Shown in pieces: positions 63,896-64,000 of a stretch of DNA of 64,000 nucleotides. The position numbers and the translations under genes are program-made. Origin of the DNA: an uncultured Lentisphaerota bacterium (GTDB lineage Bacteria > Verrucomicrobiota > Kiritimatiellia > RFP12 > UBA1067); NCBI GenBank assembly GCA_900321255.1, contig ONVK01000001.1, positions 16,907 through 80,906 on the forward strand, read 5' to 3'. Under the pieces are notes generated by a model. That model saw only the letters and a program-made list of their open reading frames with translations, was not told the DNA's origin and ran no database searches. Each line of letters opens with the position of its first letter. Position 1 is the stretch's first letter.

Positions 63896-64000
63896 GAGGC
63901 GGACAGGGGGTCGCGGCGGCGAGGCCTCTGGCGCGGACGAGGAAATCGTCGCCGTGCCGAGAATGATGTTGAACTGGTCCGTCTCAGGATATCCGCATAT

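Overview
This 64 kb window is a high-GC (about 64-65%) bacterial chromosomal segment, almost entirely coded on the + strand. Only hemW, metK and a terminal NarL/NarX-like two-component pair are on the - strand. Hydrogenase maturases, a V-type ATPase and secreted CAZymes suggest an anaerobic glycan degrader, perhaps from the PVC/Kiritimatiellota-like group; this placement is low confidence.

Content in order:
- tRNA-Asn and tmRNA (ssrA, tag ANNDYALAA), followed by a small membrane protein and a secreted barnase/barstar pair.
- dCMP deaminase, tpiA, a leucine-rich-repeat lipoprotein and a MATE efflux pump.
- A complete trp operon (trpE-trpGD-trpC-trpB-trpA-trpF) preceded by a leader peptide with three tandem Trp codons and an intrinsic terminator (classical attenuator), then pheA.
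- potABC-like ABC transporter, an FHA-domain protein with three families of proline-rich tandem repeats, and a co-directional cluster of secreted proteins (large glycoside hydrolase, GH29 alpha-L-fucosidase, unknown 785-aa protein, alkaline phosphatase, YibE/F membrane protein).
- uvrB, a hybrid sensor kinase, glgB, tRNA-Lys, and a roughly 1 kb ORF-free structured region.
- DUF1080 lipoprotein, polysaccharide deacetylase, tRNA-Ala, tRNA-Arg, thrH, an amidase, a Na+/solute symporter, hydF, yggS and hrpB.
- hemW and metK on the - strand, then hydG, V-ATPase subunits D/I/K, a membrane protein coupled to a DltC-like carrier protein, and a glycerophosphodiester phosphodiesterase.
- A ribosomal cluster (L25, S6, ssb, S18, L9), nusA and infB.

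The most notable non-genic signals are:
- A conserved extended -10 promoter (TTTTGGTATAAT) recurring at least 14 times, several of them driving leaderless or near-leaderless starts.
- In-frame palindromic insertions inside hrpB (two copies), hemW and possibly trpF, resembling Rickettsia palindromic elements.
- A 92-bp palindromic repeat present twice in opposite orientation, each just upstream of a promoter.
- A CGTGTAGA-based REP-like element inside trp intergenic regions.
- Several large inverted-repeat structured regions.

Long antisense ORFs in the six-frame track are GC-bias artifacts. In at least one stretch (around 20340-20400) my hand-counted coordinates disagreed with the ORF track by 1 nt, so CDS coordinates follow the track and non-CDS coordinates are approximate to within a few nucleotides.
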